Positions 36,601 to 46,198 of a stretch of DNA of 64,000 nucleotides are shown here, piece by piece. Made by a program: the position numbers and the translations under genes. The stretch is taken from contig JBDTZG010000007.1 of the NCBI GenBank assembly GCA_040005235.1, positions 73,206 to 137,205 of the forward strand. Direction: 5' to 3'. The notes under the pieces are model-generated. The model saw nothing but the letters and a program-made list of their open reading frames with translations. It was not told where the DNA came from and did no database searches. Source of the stretch: Acidobacteriota bacterium. Lineage in GTDB: Bacteria > Acidobacteriota > Thermoanaerobaculia > Multivoradales > UBA5704. Every line of letters begins with the position of its first letter. Position 1 is the stretch's first letter.

Positions 36601-38713
36601 CGAGTCGGGTCCAGGTTTCGTCGATTGCACGGCGGATGGCGGTCACCGTTGTTTGAAAACCTACACGTATGGAACGGCGATCGGCGCAGCTTCAACCGGC
36701 GGAACGGACTACCGTAAGGGGAAGATGGTCGCCGCCTCGCGGTTCAACCGGATCGGTGCGCCGTTCAATGTGACGGACGAGGTGACGACAGCCTACGAGT
36801 ACGCCGGTGCCGGCGGCCGGCTCTCGAAGCGCGAGGCCTCGCACGTCTTCGGTGGTACGGCGAAAGAGGGATTCAAGCAGACCTTCACCTGGGGCGAACT
36901 CGCCAACCTCGCGAGCGAGACCTATCCGGACTGCATCACGCCGACGCTTTGCGGTGCCTCGTCGCCGCGGACGATGGAGTATGGGCTGACCAACGGCCGA
37001 TTGACCTCGGTCACGGACGGCACGGTACCGTCGGCCAAGGTGCCTCTCGCGAACTCGATCACCTACCACGCGAACGGCGCGATGGCGAGCGTGGTGCGCA
37101 ACAACGGTACGCAGGACATCTATGGCCGCGACCCGAGCTGGATGTTGCGCCCTGCCTCGATTGCAACCCAGCGGACGAGCGATGGAGCGACGCTCTGGCA
37201 GACCGGCAGCTACAGCTACGATGGCTCGGGCAACGTCTGGAAGGTGGGCTCGGCGGCTTTCGTGTACGACAGCCTCTCGCGGCTTACGTCAGGAACGGTT
37301 TTTCCAACCGCCCAGGGTGGCGGAGTGGCGCAAGCGCAGACCTATTCGTTCGACAACTACGGCAACATCAACAGCGTGACCACCAACGGCGTGGTGCGCA
37401 CGACGACGACTTCGGCCTCGACCAACCGCCTGGCCGCGGGCGTGCCGAGCTACAGCCTCTCGGGATCGCTCACGGCCTGGAGCGGCAACAGCTACGAGTA
37501 CGACGCGTTTGACCAGATGACGCGCATGGTCTCGGGCGCAGAGGACTGGCGATACGTCTACGATGCGGACGGCGAGCGACTCTGGAGCTATCGGGTCGGC
37601 GGCGGCGGCTCGCTCTGGACCCTTCGCGGCTTGAACGCCCAGGTGCTTCGCGAGTATCGCGCCCACACGAGCTGGAGCACCTACGTCGACTACGCCTACC
37701 AGGGCTCGACGCTGCTGGCGCAGATCACCTCTCCAGCCACCGGCAACACGATCACCCACCTTCACCCCGATCACCTCGGCACATCGCGCCTCCAGACCGG
37801 AGCGAACGCGAGCGTCTTGGGATTCCACGCCTACTTCCCCTTCGGCGAGGAGCTTTCACAGACATTCGCGAGCATCTACACCGACAGGATGCGTTTCACC
37901 GGGCACGAACGGGATCTCGCCAATGCCTCGGGATCGGGGGATGACCTCGACTACATGCACGCCCGGCACTGTTCGCCGTTGACGGGGCGGTTTCTGAGTT
38001 TCGATCCAATTGGAGGAAATGAGAGAAGTCCCCAGACATGGAATCGTTATGCTTACGTCTCCGGCAATCCTCTCAAGTTCACCGATCCCGAGGGGCTATT
38101 CGGTTTAGGGGTCTTTGCTATTTACCCAGCGAACGTGGGGGCTGACGCAGTCGAAGGGTATGGCGTAGGTTATTCTATGGATGTCGTCGCAAGAGGTGTC
38201 GGAACTTTGTACACAAACACCGGGACGAGCCTTTTCCTAGATGGCCTAACTTTTCGGAGTCAACTCGGGACGGCTTCGGGCGGGCCGAGAGATAGTGACT
38301 TCGGATTTGACTTCAGACGAGCCTTAACACTGAGTGGATCGGGTCTGCTTGCCTACGTTGATGGCTTGGTTCCTTTCGTAGACCCTCTTGAAGGTCTAGG
38401 CCTCTATGATTCTCAAGAGGTTGGCATGTCCTCAATGCAGGTGACTGGCGAAATTGCTTTGACAATAACTGGAGTTGCGGGCGCAGCAAAGGGAGCAAGC
38501 ACACTTGCTGTCGAGGGCGCCACAGGCAGTGGAAGGTTGGCTGCAGTGGGTAGAGCACTCTTTCGGAAAGGAGGCATCTTAAACAGCAATCGCTACCTTA
38601 GGCTCGGATATGGCCGAAGAGGCGGGGAACGAGTCTTTCGAGCTGCTGGAAGAGTTGTCGAGGCACTGTTCCGCCGGGCGCATATTGATATCAAGAGTCT
38701 GGGAAGTCTCTAG
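33683..38713 (+). CDS. Rhs/YD-repeat polymorphic toxin with N-terminal signal peptide
   Basis: YD repeats, HPDHLGT, FTGHERD, DYMHAR, WNRYAYVSGNPLKFTDPEG core end, about 205-aa variable C-terminus of visibly lower GC. Confidence 0.92.
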   Translation: MNLPAFRRLAALGVFLVAATRGFAQEHPNVARGIANLSGDLDSVNPFNGNLSVAILIGQRYPVNSHLSYGLTLVYNSQVWDYEQRDDPNNVDHPFVQALPSLISNAGLGWLVTLGRFNPPSTSNDGNVVRDNYLAPDGSRHTFYGTLHEGETAVRGVLYTRDGSYLRYIAATATANQQIEFPDGTVHEFDAEGYPVTLRDRFGNSVAITYLAGGQNVPASQADVWRIADSASIRVQTVTFKTIPGLSLAESAKVVSQIDVAAFGSSQPATYLFHYDADSVSPAPITGCRNTDLMTMNLRVAELTQIDLPDGTTYRMPTYYPTTPSGPCKSGMLARLTLPTLGSIAWDFIEYVYPTESTTRGFWQRTSGVGTRQLIDGDGATVIGTWTYETAMTAPPLNAPRRELVNTTADPLGNRTVRYFSICAKSTCPIVDELYDYGLPFTRVSAGDGVGRFLSSQIFAPGNVLLRSFYARYERDADPFGSASLLEDKGRFNQRAASRRTVFQEGATSTVADEDLSDFDGYGHYRGQSMGGTFPGSNVRAVVTGYNPDKGTLGQPGFVPWPTASPWVLGTYTFSWESEGGQLLYRSFCFDGSNGYLLGRRVHAANGSNYLPNDLVETNTNDGKGNVGAEKSFGGDAQPVPTDAVGAWNLTCNSSGLSPVYQMTHTYSNGVRATSSVSVGGSSLKVLDQTIDGRTGLASSSRDTAGVATTYSYDGLGRPLSVAPTGIARTTYTYTNAANASSLARVTIAQVSAANATLAERRMTSDALGRPATEEERMPSGSLAPKRTNYNALGWKIYESNQGSITNGTTYSAFDPFGRPGTVTPADSNAHVVSLNYVGTRQVERTVLVATGTTAETAATTRETYDRFSRLYEVREPNGIVTRYGYDAGNRLASVCQNATGTNSCGQRREFHYDNRGLLLWENHPEKDPNVYSLGHDVDYLSFDARGQVLQKIDGANDVTYRYDAAGRLILVRESGPGFVDCTADGGHRCLKTYTYGTAIGAASTGGTDYRKGKMVAASRFNRIGAPFNVTDEVTTAYEYAGAGGRLSKREASHVFGGTAKEGFKQTFTWGELANLASETYPDCITPTLCGASSPRTMEYGLTNGRLTSVTDGTVPSAKVPLANSITYHANGAMASVVRNNGTQDIYGRDPSWMLRPASIATQRTSDGATLWQTGSYSYDGSGNVWKVGSAAFVYDSLSRLTSGTVFPTAQGGGVAQAQTYSFDNYGNINSVTTNGVVRTTTTSASTNRLAAGVPSYSLSGSLTAWSGNSYEYDAFDQMTRMVSGAEDWRYVYDADGERLWSYRVGGGGSLWTLRGLNAQVLREYRAHTSWSTYVDYAYQGSTLLAQITSPATGNTITHLHPDHLGTSRLQTGANASVLGFHAYFPFGEELSQTFASIYTDRMRFTGHERDLANASGSGDDLDYMHARHCSPLTGRFLSFDPIGGNERSPQTWNRYAYVSGNPLKFTDPEGLFGLGVFAIYPANVGADAVEGYGVGYSMDVVARGVGTLYTNTGTSLFLDGLTFRSQLGTASGGPRDSDFGFDFRRALTLSGSGLLAYVDGLVPFVDPLEGLGLYDSQEVGMSSMQVTGEIALTITGVAGAAKGASTLAVEGATGSGRLAAVGRALFRKGGILNSNRYLRLGYGRRGGERVFRAAGRVVEALFRRAHIDIKSLGSL

Positions 38714-38730
38714 CATAGTAGGGATGACTC

Positions 38731-39021
38731 GTGAACCAAACACAGTTTCAGGACGATTGTAGGGGGAGGGTCGATGAATGGGCGGCGAGGCTGGGGCTGA
38801 GCTTGAGTTTTGAACTCGTCAGCGGACGCTCGGAGCGCTATCTCAAGGGCGATCTGAGACTGCCGCAAGGTGATGAGGTCCAGATCTACATCTATGAAGA
38901 TGAGGCAGGATTTTTCCATCGAGAAGCCTGGCACGCTCTCGAATCTCAGGATTTCGACACTCCGGACGAGCTGGTCAAGCACCTATTGATGGAACTCTTG
39001 GAAGTGCTAAAGAGACCATGA
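38731..39021 (+). CDS. Putative cognate immunity protein
   Basis: Small acidic ORF directly after the basic Rhs C-terminus, same lower GC. Confidence 0.6.
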   Translation: MNQTQFQDDCRGRVDEWAARLGLSLSFELVSGRSERYLKGDLRLPQGDEVQIYIYEDEAGFFHREAWHALESQDFDTPDELVKHLLMELLEVLKRP

Positions 39022-39454
39022 TGGGGCTGTTGGGGATGAGCATGCCGACTTCTCGATTTTTCGCAGTTTCCTTCGCCTGTGCCCTAGCTGTCAGCTGTTC
39101 CTGGTTGGATCAGGGTCGACAAGTGCGGACCGTAGCTAATATGCAAACGATCTCATCAGGGCTTGAGAGCCTGCGGGCGCTTCAACCAGATCTCCTCTCT
39201 GACCGCGGAAAAGTTCTTGGTGTAATCCGATCCGTTGCCTCGGGTCGAGATGCTTGGGGAAACGAATATCTCTACTACTACAAGATGAGCACGGCTGGAC
39301 CTTCCTATGTCCTGATCTCGATGGGAAAGGACGGGCGGGCTGAGTACAAGAGTCCGGAGCTTTATTTTTCCCTCAGTGGGACGGAAATACATGTGAGCCT
39401 TGGCGAGACATCGTGTTTCGCGACGGCCACGCGGTTACGCTTGCGGGTAAGTAG
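39018..39454 (+). pseudogene. GspG-like (T2SS pseudopilin C-domain-like) protein, probable frameshift near 39394
   Basis: RTVANMQTI...DAWGNEYLY...YVLISMGKDG; a plausible end EPWRDIVFRDGHAVTLAGK* lies in a different frame (39395-39454). Confidence 0.5.
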
Positions 39455-39514
39455 TCCAACCTACGTCTTGAACACCGGAGTCGACGAAGAGTTTTGTGGA
39501 GTCGGAATACAGTC

Positions 39515-40165
39515 ATGCCCGCTATAGAGGAGAGCAGAGGTGCTGCCCTGCTGAAAGCTGTTTCCGAGCTGAAGCCCGCTAGGACGCACGGGAACCTTCG
39601 CTCAATCGTGAGCCTGCTCACCCACCGCTCGGTTCTGGTCCGCATTGCGGCGGTCGAGTGCCTGGCAAGGGCCAACGCGGGCCATTCTGAACTCCGAGCA
39701 GCACTCTCCACTGAAAAGAACGACCTTGTGCTCTCGGCGATCTGTGAGGTATTGGAAGAGGCCGGGGATCGCAAGAGCGTCAAGCCGCTCAAGGCACTTG
39801 CGGAGAATCACCGGTCGACGGTAGCCCGAACGAGCGCCTTAGAGGGGATCTATTCGCTGGAGGGTGCTCGTGCGATGCCATTTTTGCGCCGTCGCTTGAC
39901 GGCCGAGAAATCGCCGAGGGTCCGAGCGACGCTCGAAGTGCTCCTCTGGTGTCTCGGTGCCGTACCCTCGCTGGAGAGGGTCAAGGCCGCTCTGCGTTCG
40001 AGGGATTACATCGTTCGCTGCTCGATCGCGAACCTGTTGGAGAGGCTCACGCCCCGACAAAAGCGGCAGGAGGTGATCGCTGTGCTCGAAGCTTCCCTCG
40101 AAGCCGAGCCGACCGTCGCCGCACGGAGCAGCCTCGAGAGTGCAATTCGATCGCTTGGACGATAA
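39515..40165 (+). CDS. HEAT-repeat protein
   Basis: Repeated helical units (LVRIAAVECL, VARTSALEGI, YIVRCSIANLL). Confidence 0.7.
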   Translation: MPAIEESRGAALLKAVSELKPARTHGNLRSIVSLLTHRSVLVRIAAVECLARANAGHSELRAALSTEKNDLVLSAICEVLEEAGDRKSVKPLKALAENHRSTVARTSALEGIYSLEGARAMPFLRRRLTAEKSPRVRATLEVLLWCLGAVPSLERVKAALRSRDYIVRCSIANLLERLTPRQKRQEVIAVLEASLEAEPTVAARSSLESAIRSLGR

Positions 40166-40219
40166 AGAGTCTACTGAGAGTTTCCACGCGCTCGAACCCC
40201 CATAGAATGCCCTGAACTC

Positions 40220-41233
40220 ATGGGCCTCTACCCGCTGATCCGTCCTCTTCTCTTCTGCCTCGATGCCGAGACCGGCCACGACGTGGGCTTGGCCGCGCTC
40301 CGTGCCGCGCAGGCGATTCCGGGCTGGACGGCGCTTGGGGCCAGGCGCAACCGTGCGACCGATCCGCGCCTCGCGCGCCGGCTGTTGGGGACGACGTTCC
40401 CGAACCCGATCGGCCTCGCGGCCGGGTTCGACAAGGACGGCCGCGCGGTGCGGGGGCTCGCCGTGCTCGGCTTCGGCTTCGTCGAAATCGGGACCGTGAC
40501 GCCTCTGCCCCAACCCGGCAACCCCCGCCCGCGGATGTTTCGGCACCCGAAACTCCAGACGCTTCAGAACGCACTCGGCTTCAACAACCGGGGGATGGCC
40601 GCGATGGTCGCCGCGCTCGAACGCCTCGGACCGCCGCCGGTGCCGCTCGGCATCAATCTGGGCAAGAACAAGGCGACGCCGCCCGAGCGGGCGATCGACG
40701 ACTACGAGATTCTCCTCCGCGGCCTGGAGCGTTTCGCCGAATATCTGGTGATCAACCTTTCCTCGCCGAACACCCCCGGCCTGCGCGACCTGCAGAACGA
40801 GAGCTTCCTTCGCGAGCTGTTCCGCCGCGCCGAGACGATTACCACCAAGCCGATCTTGGTGAAGATCTCCCCCGACTTGCCTCCCGCCGAGGCGGCAGAG
40901 CTTTCGACCGCGGCGCTCGATTTGGGAGCCGCCGGTCTGATCGCCACCAACACGACGATCGACTACGACCTGGTACCGGGTTGCGAACCACGTGGCGGAC
41001 TCTCTGGCCGGATCCTCAAGAATTGCAGCTTCGCCACCTTGAAGGCGATCGCTCCCCGCATCCGCGACCGCGGCGTGCTGATCTCTGTCGGCGGCATAGA
41101 TTCCGGGGAAGAAGCGCTCCGCCGCCTCGACGCTGGGGCGCATCTGGTGCAGCTCTACACGGGGATGGTCTTCGAAGGCCCGGGATTGCCGCGGCGGATG
41201 GTGCGGGAGATGGCGGCGGGGACTGCTGGGTAG
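40220..41233 (+). CDS. pyrD: Quinone-dependent dihydroorotate dehydrogenase
   Basis: NPIGLAAGFDK, GTVTPLPQPGNPRPR, GINLGKNK, INLSSPNTPGLRDLQ, KISPD, GGLSG. Confidence 0.95.
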   Translation: MGLYPLIRPLLFCLDAETGHDVGLAALRAAQAIPGWTALGARRNRATDPRLARRLLGTTFPNPIGLAAGFDKDGRAVRGLAVLGFGFVEIGTVTPLPQPGNPRPRMFRHPKLQTLQNALGFNNRGMAAMVAALERLGPPPVPLGINLGKNKATPPERAIDDYEILLRGLERFAEYLVINLSSPNTPGLRDLQNESFLRELFRRAETITTKPILVKISPDLPPAEAAELSTAALDLGAAGLIATNTTIDYDLVPGCEPRGGLSGRILKNCSFATLKAIAPRIRDRGVLISVGGIDSGEEALRRLDAGAHLVQLYTGMVFEGPGLPRRMVREMAAGTAG

Positions 41234-41290
41234 ACAAGCCGGGGATTGCCAAGTCTTCTAAGTTCCTGCGATGCGTTCGGAGCCTCCGCC

Positions 41291-41626
41291 TCAGCGAAGG
41301 CAGGCATCCACCAGGTCGAGGACATCCTGCAGAAACTCGGACGGTGCCCGCTCGACGAACCGGGTCCGACGGCTCTGATGATCGATGGACTTGACCTGCT
41401 CGACCATGACGAAACCGGACAGCGACGAAGAGGTCGGGAGAGGGAGGTGAAAGGGGAACCTGCGGTCCGTGTTCGTGATCGGGCAAACGATCGCCAGCCC
41501 CGTGTGCTGATTGAAGAGGTCTTTGCTGACGACCAGTGCCGGCCTCCGCCCCTTCTGTTCATGACCCGCCTGGGGATCGAAGGAGAGAGTTACGAAATCC
41601 CCCTGCCTCGGCGTGTAGCGAGGCAC
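41291..41626 (-). CDS. mazF: MazF/PemK family toxin endoribonuclease
   Basis: FDPQAGHEQKGRRPALVVS...CPIT...EQVKSID. Confidence 0.92.
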   Translation of the reverse strand: MPRYTPRQGDFVTLSFDPQAGHEQKGRRPALVVSKDLFNQHTGLAIVCPITNTDRRFPFHLPLPTSSSLSGFVMVEQVKSIDHQSRRTRFVERAPSEFLQDVLDLVDACLR

Positions 41627-41869
41627 CTACCACTCCTCCCGACCTACCGGGGGTCCGAAAGAGACCTCATGCGGTTGATAGTCCTTCGGGATTCGAGCGA
41701 CCAACTCAGCGAGGTCGAACTTGGGCCTCGCAATCTTTCGCACCACGATCTCGCCCGCGCTCACGAGGATCTCCACATCGTCCCCTACCGCGAGAGTGGC
41801 GAGCTCGAGCATCTGCTTTGAGATCCGCAACCCCTGGCTGTTTCCCCACTTCTGAACCTTTGCGACCAT
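41627..41869 (-). CDS. mazE: MazE/AbrB family antitoxin
   Basis: KVQKWGNSQGLRI...FGPPVGREEW; GGGAGG RBS; GTATATAC palindrome upstream. Confidence 0.92.
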   Translation of the reverse strand: MVAKVQKWGNSQGLRISKQMLELATLAVGDDVEILVSAGEIVVRKIARPKFDLAELVARIPKDYQPHEVSFGPPVGREEW

Positions 41870-41973
41870 GGCGGCACCTCCCATTTACGTATAGCCGATG
41901 TATATACGCCAGGGTTGGAGGTGTCAACGTCTGCCACCGTTCAGGCCGAAGCGGCGCGTGCTACGGTGACCGA

Positions 41974-43419
41974 ATGGCCGACGACCTCATCCTGCTCACC
42001 GGCGCCACGGGCTATGTGGGCGGGCGGCTGCTGACGGCGCTCGAAGCGCGGGGATTGGCCGTTCGCTGTCTCGCGCGGCGGCCGGCTCATCTCGACGGGC
42101 GGCTTGGGCAGAATAGCCAGGCGGTCGCCGGTGACGTGCTCGATCCGGCTTCGCTGGAGGCCGCGTTCGAAGGCGTCACAGCGGCCTATTACCTCGTTCA
42201 CTCGATGGGTTCGACCGGCGAGTTCGAGGAGCAAGACCGGCGTGCCGCCGAGAGCTTTGCCCGCGCGGCGGAAGCAGCCGGAGTGCGCCGCATCATCTAC
42301 CTCGGCGGGCTCGGCCAGGCGACCCCCGGCCTTTCGGCCCATCTGCGCAGCCGCCACGAGGTCGGCGAGATTTTGCGGGCGGGTGCGGTGCCGGTCGTCG
42401 AGCTGCGCGCTTCGATCGTGATCGGGCCCGGCAGCCTGTCGTTCGAAATGGTGCGCGCCCTGGTCGAGCGCCTGCCGGTGATGATCACGCCGCGCTGGGT
42501 AGACACTCCGGCGCAGCCGATCGCGATCGCCGATTTGCTCGCCTACTTGCTGGCGGCGCTCGACCTGGACCTTGCCGAGAGCCGCATCTTCGAGATCGGC
42601 GGTGCGGAGGTCGTCTCCTATGGCGGCATCATGCGCGAGTACGCCCGCCAGCGGGGCTTATGGCGCCGGATGATCCGGGTCCCCGTGCTCAGCCCACGGC
42701 TTTCCTCGCTCTGGCTCGGTCTGGTCACGCCGCTCTACGCTCGGGTCGGGCGGAAGCTGGTCGACAGCATGCGCCACGCGACCGTGGTGACGGATGACGC
42801 CGCCGCGCAGGCCTTTGCGATTCGGCCGATGGGTCTGCGCACGGCGATCGAGAAGGCGCTGCGCGGCGAGGAGCGCGAATTTGCGGCGCCCCGGTGGTCG
42901 GATGCGCTGTCGGCCGCCGGCCCGGTGCGCGAATGGGGAGGAGTCCGCTTTGGCAACCGCCTGGTCGATTCCCGCCGACTTCGAGTGAACGTACCGCCGG
43001 CAGCGGCTTTCGTACCGATCCGCCGGATCGGCGGCACGACCGGCTGGTACTTTGGCGATTGGCTGTGGCACCTGCGCGGCGCGCTCGACCTTCTGTTCGG
43101 CGGCGTCGGCATCCGCCGCGGACGCGTCGACCCCGAACAATTGCGCGTCGGCGACGTGCTCGACTGCTGGCGCGTCGAAACCTTCGAGTCCGACCATCGA
43201 CTCGTCCTCTCCGCCGAGATGCTCCTACCCGGGCGCGCCTGGCTCGAATTCGAGGTGACGCCCGACGGTTCCGGCTCGCTGATCCAACAGACCGCGAGCT
43301 TCGACCCCATCGGTCTCGCGGGTCTCGCCTACTGGTACAGCGTCTGGCCCCTCCACCAGGTCATCTTCGAAGGAATGCTCCGCGCGATCGGCGCCAAGGC
43401 CGGGGAGGGAGGCCCTTGA
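41974..43419 (+). CDS. YbjT-like NAD(P)-binding SDR protein with DUF2867 domain
   Basis: LLTGATGYVGG, YYLVHSM, HLRSR, IGG..GWY, AEMLLPGRAWLEF. Confidence 0.88.
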   Translation: MADDLILLTGATGYVGGRLLTALEARGLAVRCLARRPAHLDGRLGQNSQAVAGDVLDPASLEAAFEGVTAAYYLVHSMGSTGEFEEQDRRAAESFARAAEAAGVRRIIYLGGLGQATPGLSAHLRSRHEVGEILRAGAVPVVELRASIVIGPGSLSFEMVRALVERLPVMITPRWVDTPAQPIAIADLLAYLLAALDLDLAESRIFEIGGAEVVSYGGIMREYARQRGLWRRMIRVPVLSPRLSSLWLGLVTPLYARVGRKLVDSMRHATVVTDDAAAQAFAIRPMGLRTAIEKALRGEEREFAAPRWSDALSAAGPVREWGGVRFGNRLVDSRRLRVNVPPAAAFVPIRRIGGTTGWYFGDWLWHLRGALDLLFGGVGIRRGRVDPEQLRVGDVLDCWRVETFESDHRLVLSAEMLLPGRAWLEFEVTPDGSGSLIQQTASFDPIGLAGLAYWYSVWPLHQVIFEGMLRAIGAKAGEGGP

Positions 43420-43527
43420 GCGGGTCCGTCCAAGAAGGCGGGCGGAAACACCGAAGGCGGAATCAGCCCCTCGGTGCGACCGTTCCAACTTCGAAGGCTC
43501 TTCGGCTCGGCCGAAAAGGGGATCGTG

Positions 43528-44553
43528 ATGAGGAAATTCGCGCTGGCTTGGGTCTGGCTTCTGGTGGGGTGCCAAACCACCGCTCCGCCCCCTCCCGTGC
43601 CGCCCGCGGCGACATTTGCAGCACCTGCCGCAGCGTTCAACGCTACGCACCTGACCTGGCCCGCGGGGCTTCCGGTCTATGACCACGTGGTGATCGTCGT
43701 CGAAGAGAACAAGGATTACGAGCAAATCTTCGAGGCGCCAAATTCACCTCAAGTTGCGCCCTACTTTCAGCAACTGAAGAGCGTCGGCGCGAGTCTCACC
43801 CAGATGTTTGCCGAAGAGCACCACAGCGAGGGCAACTACTTCTGGCTCTTCTCGGGGAGCAACCAGGACGTCGGGTTCATCGACCAGATTCCCTCGGCGA
43901 TGTTTTCAACCCACAACCTGGGAGAGCGATTGGTTGCCTCTGGCCGCACATTCAAAGGGTATTCAGAAGATCTTCCCGTGATCGGCTCTAAAATAAATGG
44001 TGCCGGCCTCTACGCCAGAAAGCACGTCCCTTGGGCCAGTTTCTCAAACTTGCCGACCGGCACCACCGCGACCACCTCGGCAAACCTCCGCTTCAAGGAT
44101 TTTCCCGCCGACTACTCGACCCTCCCGACCGTGTCTTTCGTCATCCCCAACCTCGTCAATGACATGCACGACGGCTCGACCGCGAGCGCCATTACGGCTG
44201 GGGATAAGTGGCTCAGGAAACATTTCGATGGCCCGAACGGCTATCTCGCTTGGGCCACCCAAAACAACAGCCTGCTGATCATCACCTTCGATGAGAACGA
44301 CCACGGCCCCTCCGGCCTCACCGATCCCGCCGCCGCGGACTGGAAAAAGCGCAACCGCATCGTCACGATTCTCGCCGGAGCCCACGTCAAACCCGGCTAC
44401 GAGGAAAGCCAGCGAGTCACCCACGTCAACCTCCTACGTACGCTGGAGGCGATGTACGGGTTGGAGAAGTCGGGGGCTCAACAGACGCTCGCGAAGAATG
44501 CGGGCATTTCGGACGACGCCATTCTCAAAGATGTCTTCGAGCCGGGGCCGTAG
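43528..44553 (+). CDS. Secreted acid phosphatase / phosphoesterase family lipoprotein
   Basis: LVGC lipobox; DHVVIVVEENK, HHSEGNY, YARKHVPW, NDMHDG, ITFDE. Confidence 0.85.
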   Translation: MRKFALAWVWLLVGCQTTAPPPPVPPAATFAAPAAAFNATHLTWPAGLPVYDHVVIVVEENKDYEQIFEAPNSPQVAPYFQQLKSVGASLTQMFAEEHHSEGNYFWLFSGSNQDVGFIDQIPSAMFSTHNLGERLVASGRTFKGYSEDLPVIGSKINGAGLYARKHVPWASFSNLPTGTTATTSANLRFKDFPADYSTLPTVSFVIPNLVNDMHDGSTASAITAGDKWLRKHFDGPNGYLAWATQNNSLLIITFDENDHGPSGLTDPAAADWKKRNRIVTILAGAHVKPGYEESQRVTHVNLLRTLEAMYGLEKSGAQQTLAKNAGISDDAILKDVFEPGP

Positions 44554-44597
44554 CCGAAGGCCGACTCCTGCGGTCCGCAGTCGACCTCGGCCTACTA

Positions 44598-46043
44598 TTG
44601 GACGGCGTCGAGCATGAACCGCAACGAGGCGTTCGCCTGCCAGACCAACGACCAGCCGCCGGGCTGCCCCGGCGTGCAGCCCTGACCTGCGCAGGCGCTT
44701 GGTTCGTAACCTTGGCGGGAGCATTGGACGCCGCAGCGCAACCGCATCTCGTCACTGATCTCAATCAGGGGAGGGTGCCGGCCTATCTCCCGGCCCAGCT
44801 GTCGCAGGCGTCGAGCACGACGGCGTGCTCTATTTTCAGGGCGAGGATCCCCAGCACGGCTCCGAGCTCTGGCGGACGGACGGCACCGCGGAGGGCACTT
44901 ACGCCCTGGTCGATCTCTGTCCGGGCAGCTGCTGGGGCTTAGGCGAGCCCCTGGGCTTTTTTGCCGGGCACCTCTATTTTCGCGGCGACGACCGCGAGCA
45001 TGGGGCCGAGATCTGGCGCACGGACGGAACGGTGGGCGGCGAGGAGCTGCTCGCGGACCTCTGTCCGGGGACTTGCGGGACCGAACCGAGGGGCTGGAGC
45101 GAGTGGCGAGGAAAGCTTTGGTTCCTCACCCAGGCGTCCGGCGGGACAGCCACACTCTGGAACAGCGACGCCACCGCAGCAGGGACGAAGCCGGTCGCCA
45201 ACCTCTGTGACGACTTCCGTCTCCGACGCCGCAGATAGGAAGGTCGACGCATCCACCTGGCCGGCCCGCCGCGCCCGGATGGCGAGATCGCCGGGTTCGG
45301 GGAGGGGATCTTGATCTCCCGCGGCTACCGCGAGCTATGGAAGATCGACGGCGCGGGAGCGACCGTCGAGCGGGTGCATGATTTTCAGCCCGAAAACGGC
45401 GGGTCCGGCCCGATCGACCAGCTCGTCTTGGGAGACCGGCTGGTGTTCTTGTCGCTCGACGGCACAAGGAAGCTTTTCTCTTCCGACGGCTCCGCGGCAG
45501 GCACGCCGCTTGGTGAGAGACGTCAACCCGAAGCGGCTGCCGAACCCCAATTTCTATCCCAACGATCCGCGGTTCGGACCCGAGCAGATCGGCGAGGGCT
45601 CGGACCCGAGCGACCCGGTCCTTGCCGGCGTCTCCCAGGCGCGAGACCTCACCCTCGTCGGGGGCCGACTGTTCTTCGTGGCGTTCCGGCCGGAAACAGG
45701 CACCGAGCTGTGGATCTCCGAGGGCACGGCCGAGACCACCCACATGGTGACCGACCTCCGCCCCGGCCCGCGCGGTTCGGCCCCTCAGTTCCTCAAGGTC
45801 GTGGGCCACCGGGTGGTCTTCGCGGCCGACGACGGCCTCTCGGGGCTTGAACCGTGGAGCAGCGACGGCACCCCTGAGGGGACCGTCCGGCTGGGAGACA
45901 TCGCGCCGGGGCGGGACGCGAGCACGCCGGGGGCCTTCAGCATCGCCAACGGCCAGCTTCTCTTCGGGGCCGACGACGGCGAGCACGGGCGGGAGTTGTG
46001 GGCGATTCCGTTCGGGGACGTGGTGGGAGCGGCGGTGCGATAG
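44598..46043 (+). pseudogene. ELWxxDGT-repeat protein broken across several frames
   Basis: ELWRTDGT, EIWRTDGT, ELWKIDG, ELWISEGT, EPWSSDGT and HGRELW are distributed over ORFs 44825-45238, 45311-45850 and 45378-46043; the signal-like N-terminus is in ORF 44598-44942. Confidence 0.75.
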
Positions 46044-46198
46044 AAGCGGAACCGAGGGGGCGAGGGCTGACCCTTCCCGCTCGGCGTCCCCCGTGCCAGA
46101 ATAGCCGGGAGCCGTTTCTGCCGGGGGCGGGCCTCCGCCCTCGATCCGTCTTCTTCTAAAGCCGTTTCCTCACGAAACCGATCCGGGAGGTCATCCAT

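Noticed and set aside
41246-41821. 191-aa plus-strand ORF
   Set aside because: Antisense to the clearly recognisable mazEF pair
41291-41869. mazEF as a novel system
   Set aside because: Canonical type II toxin-antitoxin module
41536-41973. N-terminal extension of the YbjT-like ORF
   Set aside because: Antisense to mazEF; family similarity begins at ATG 41974
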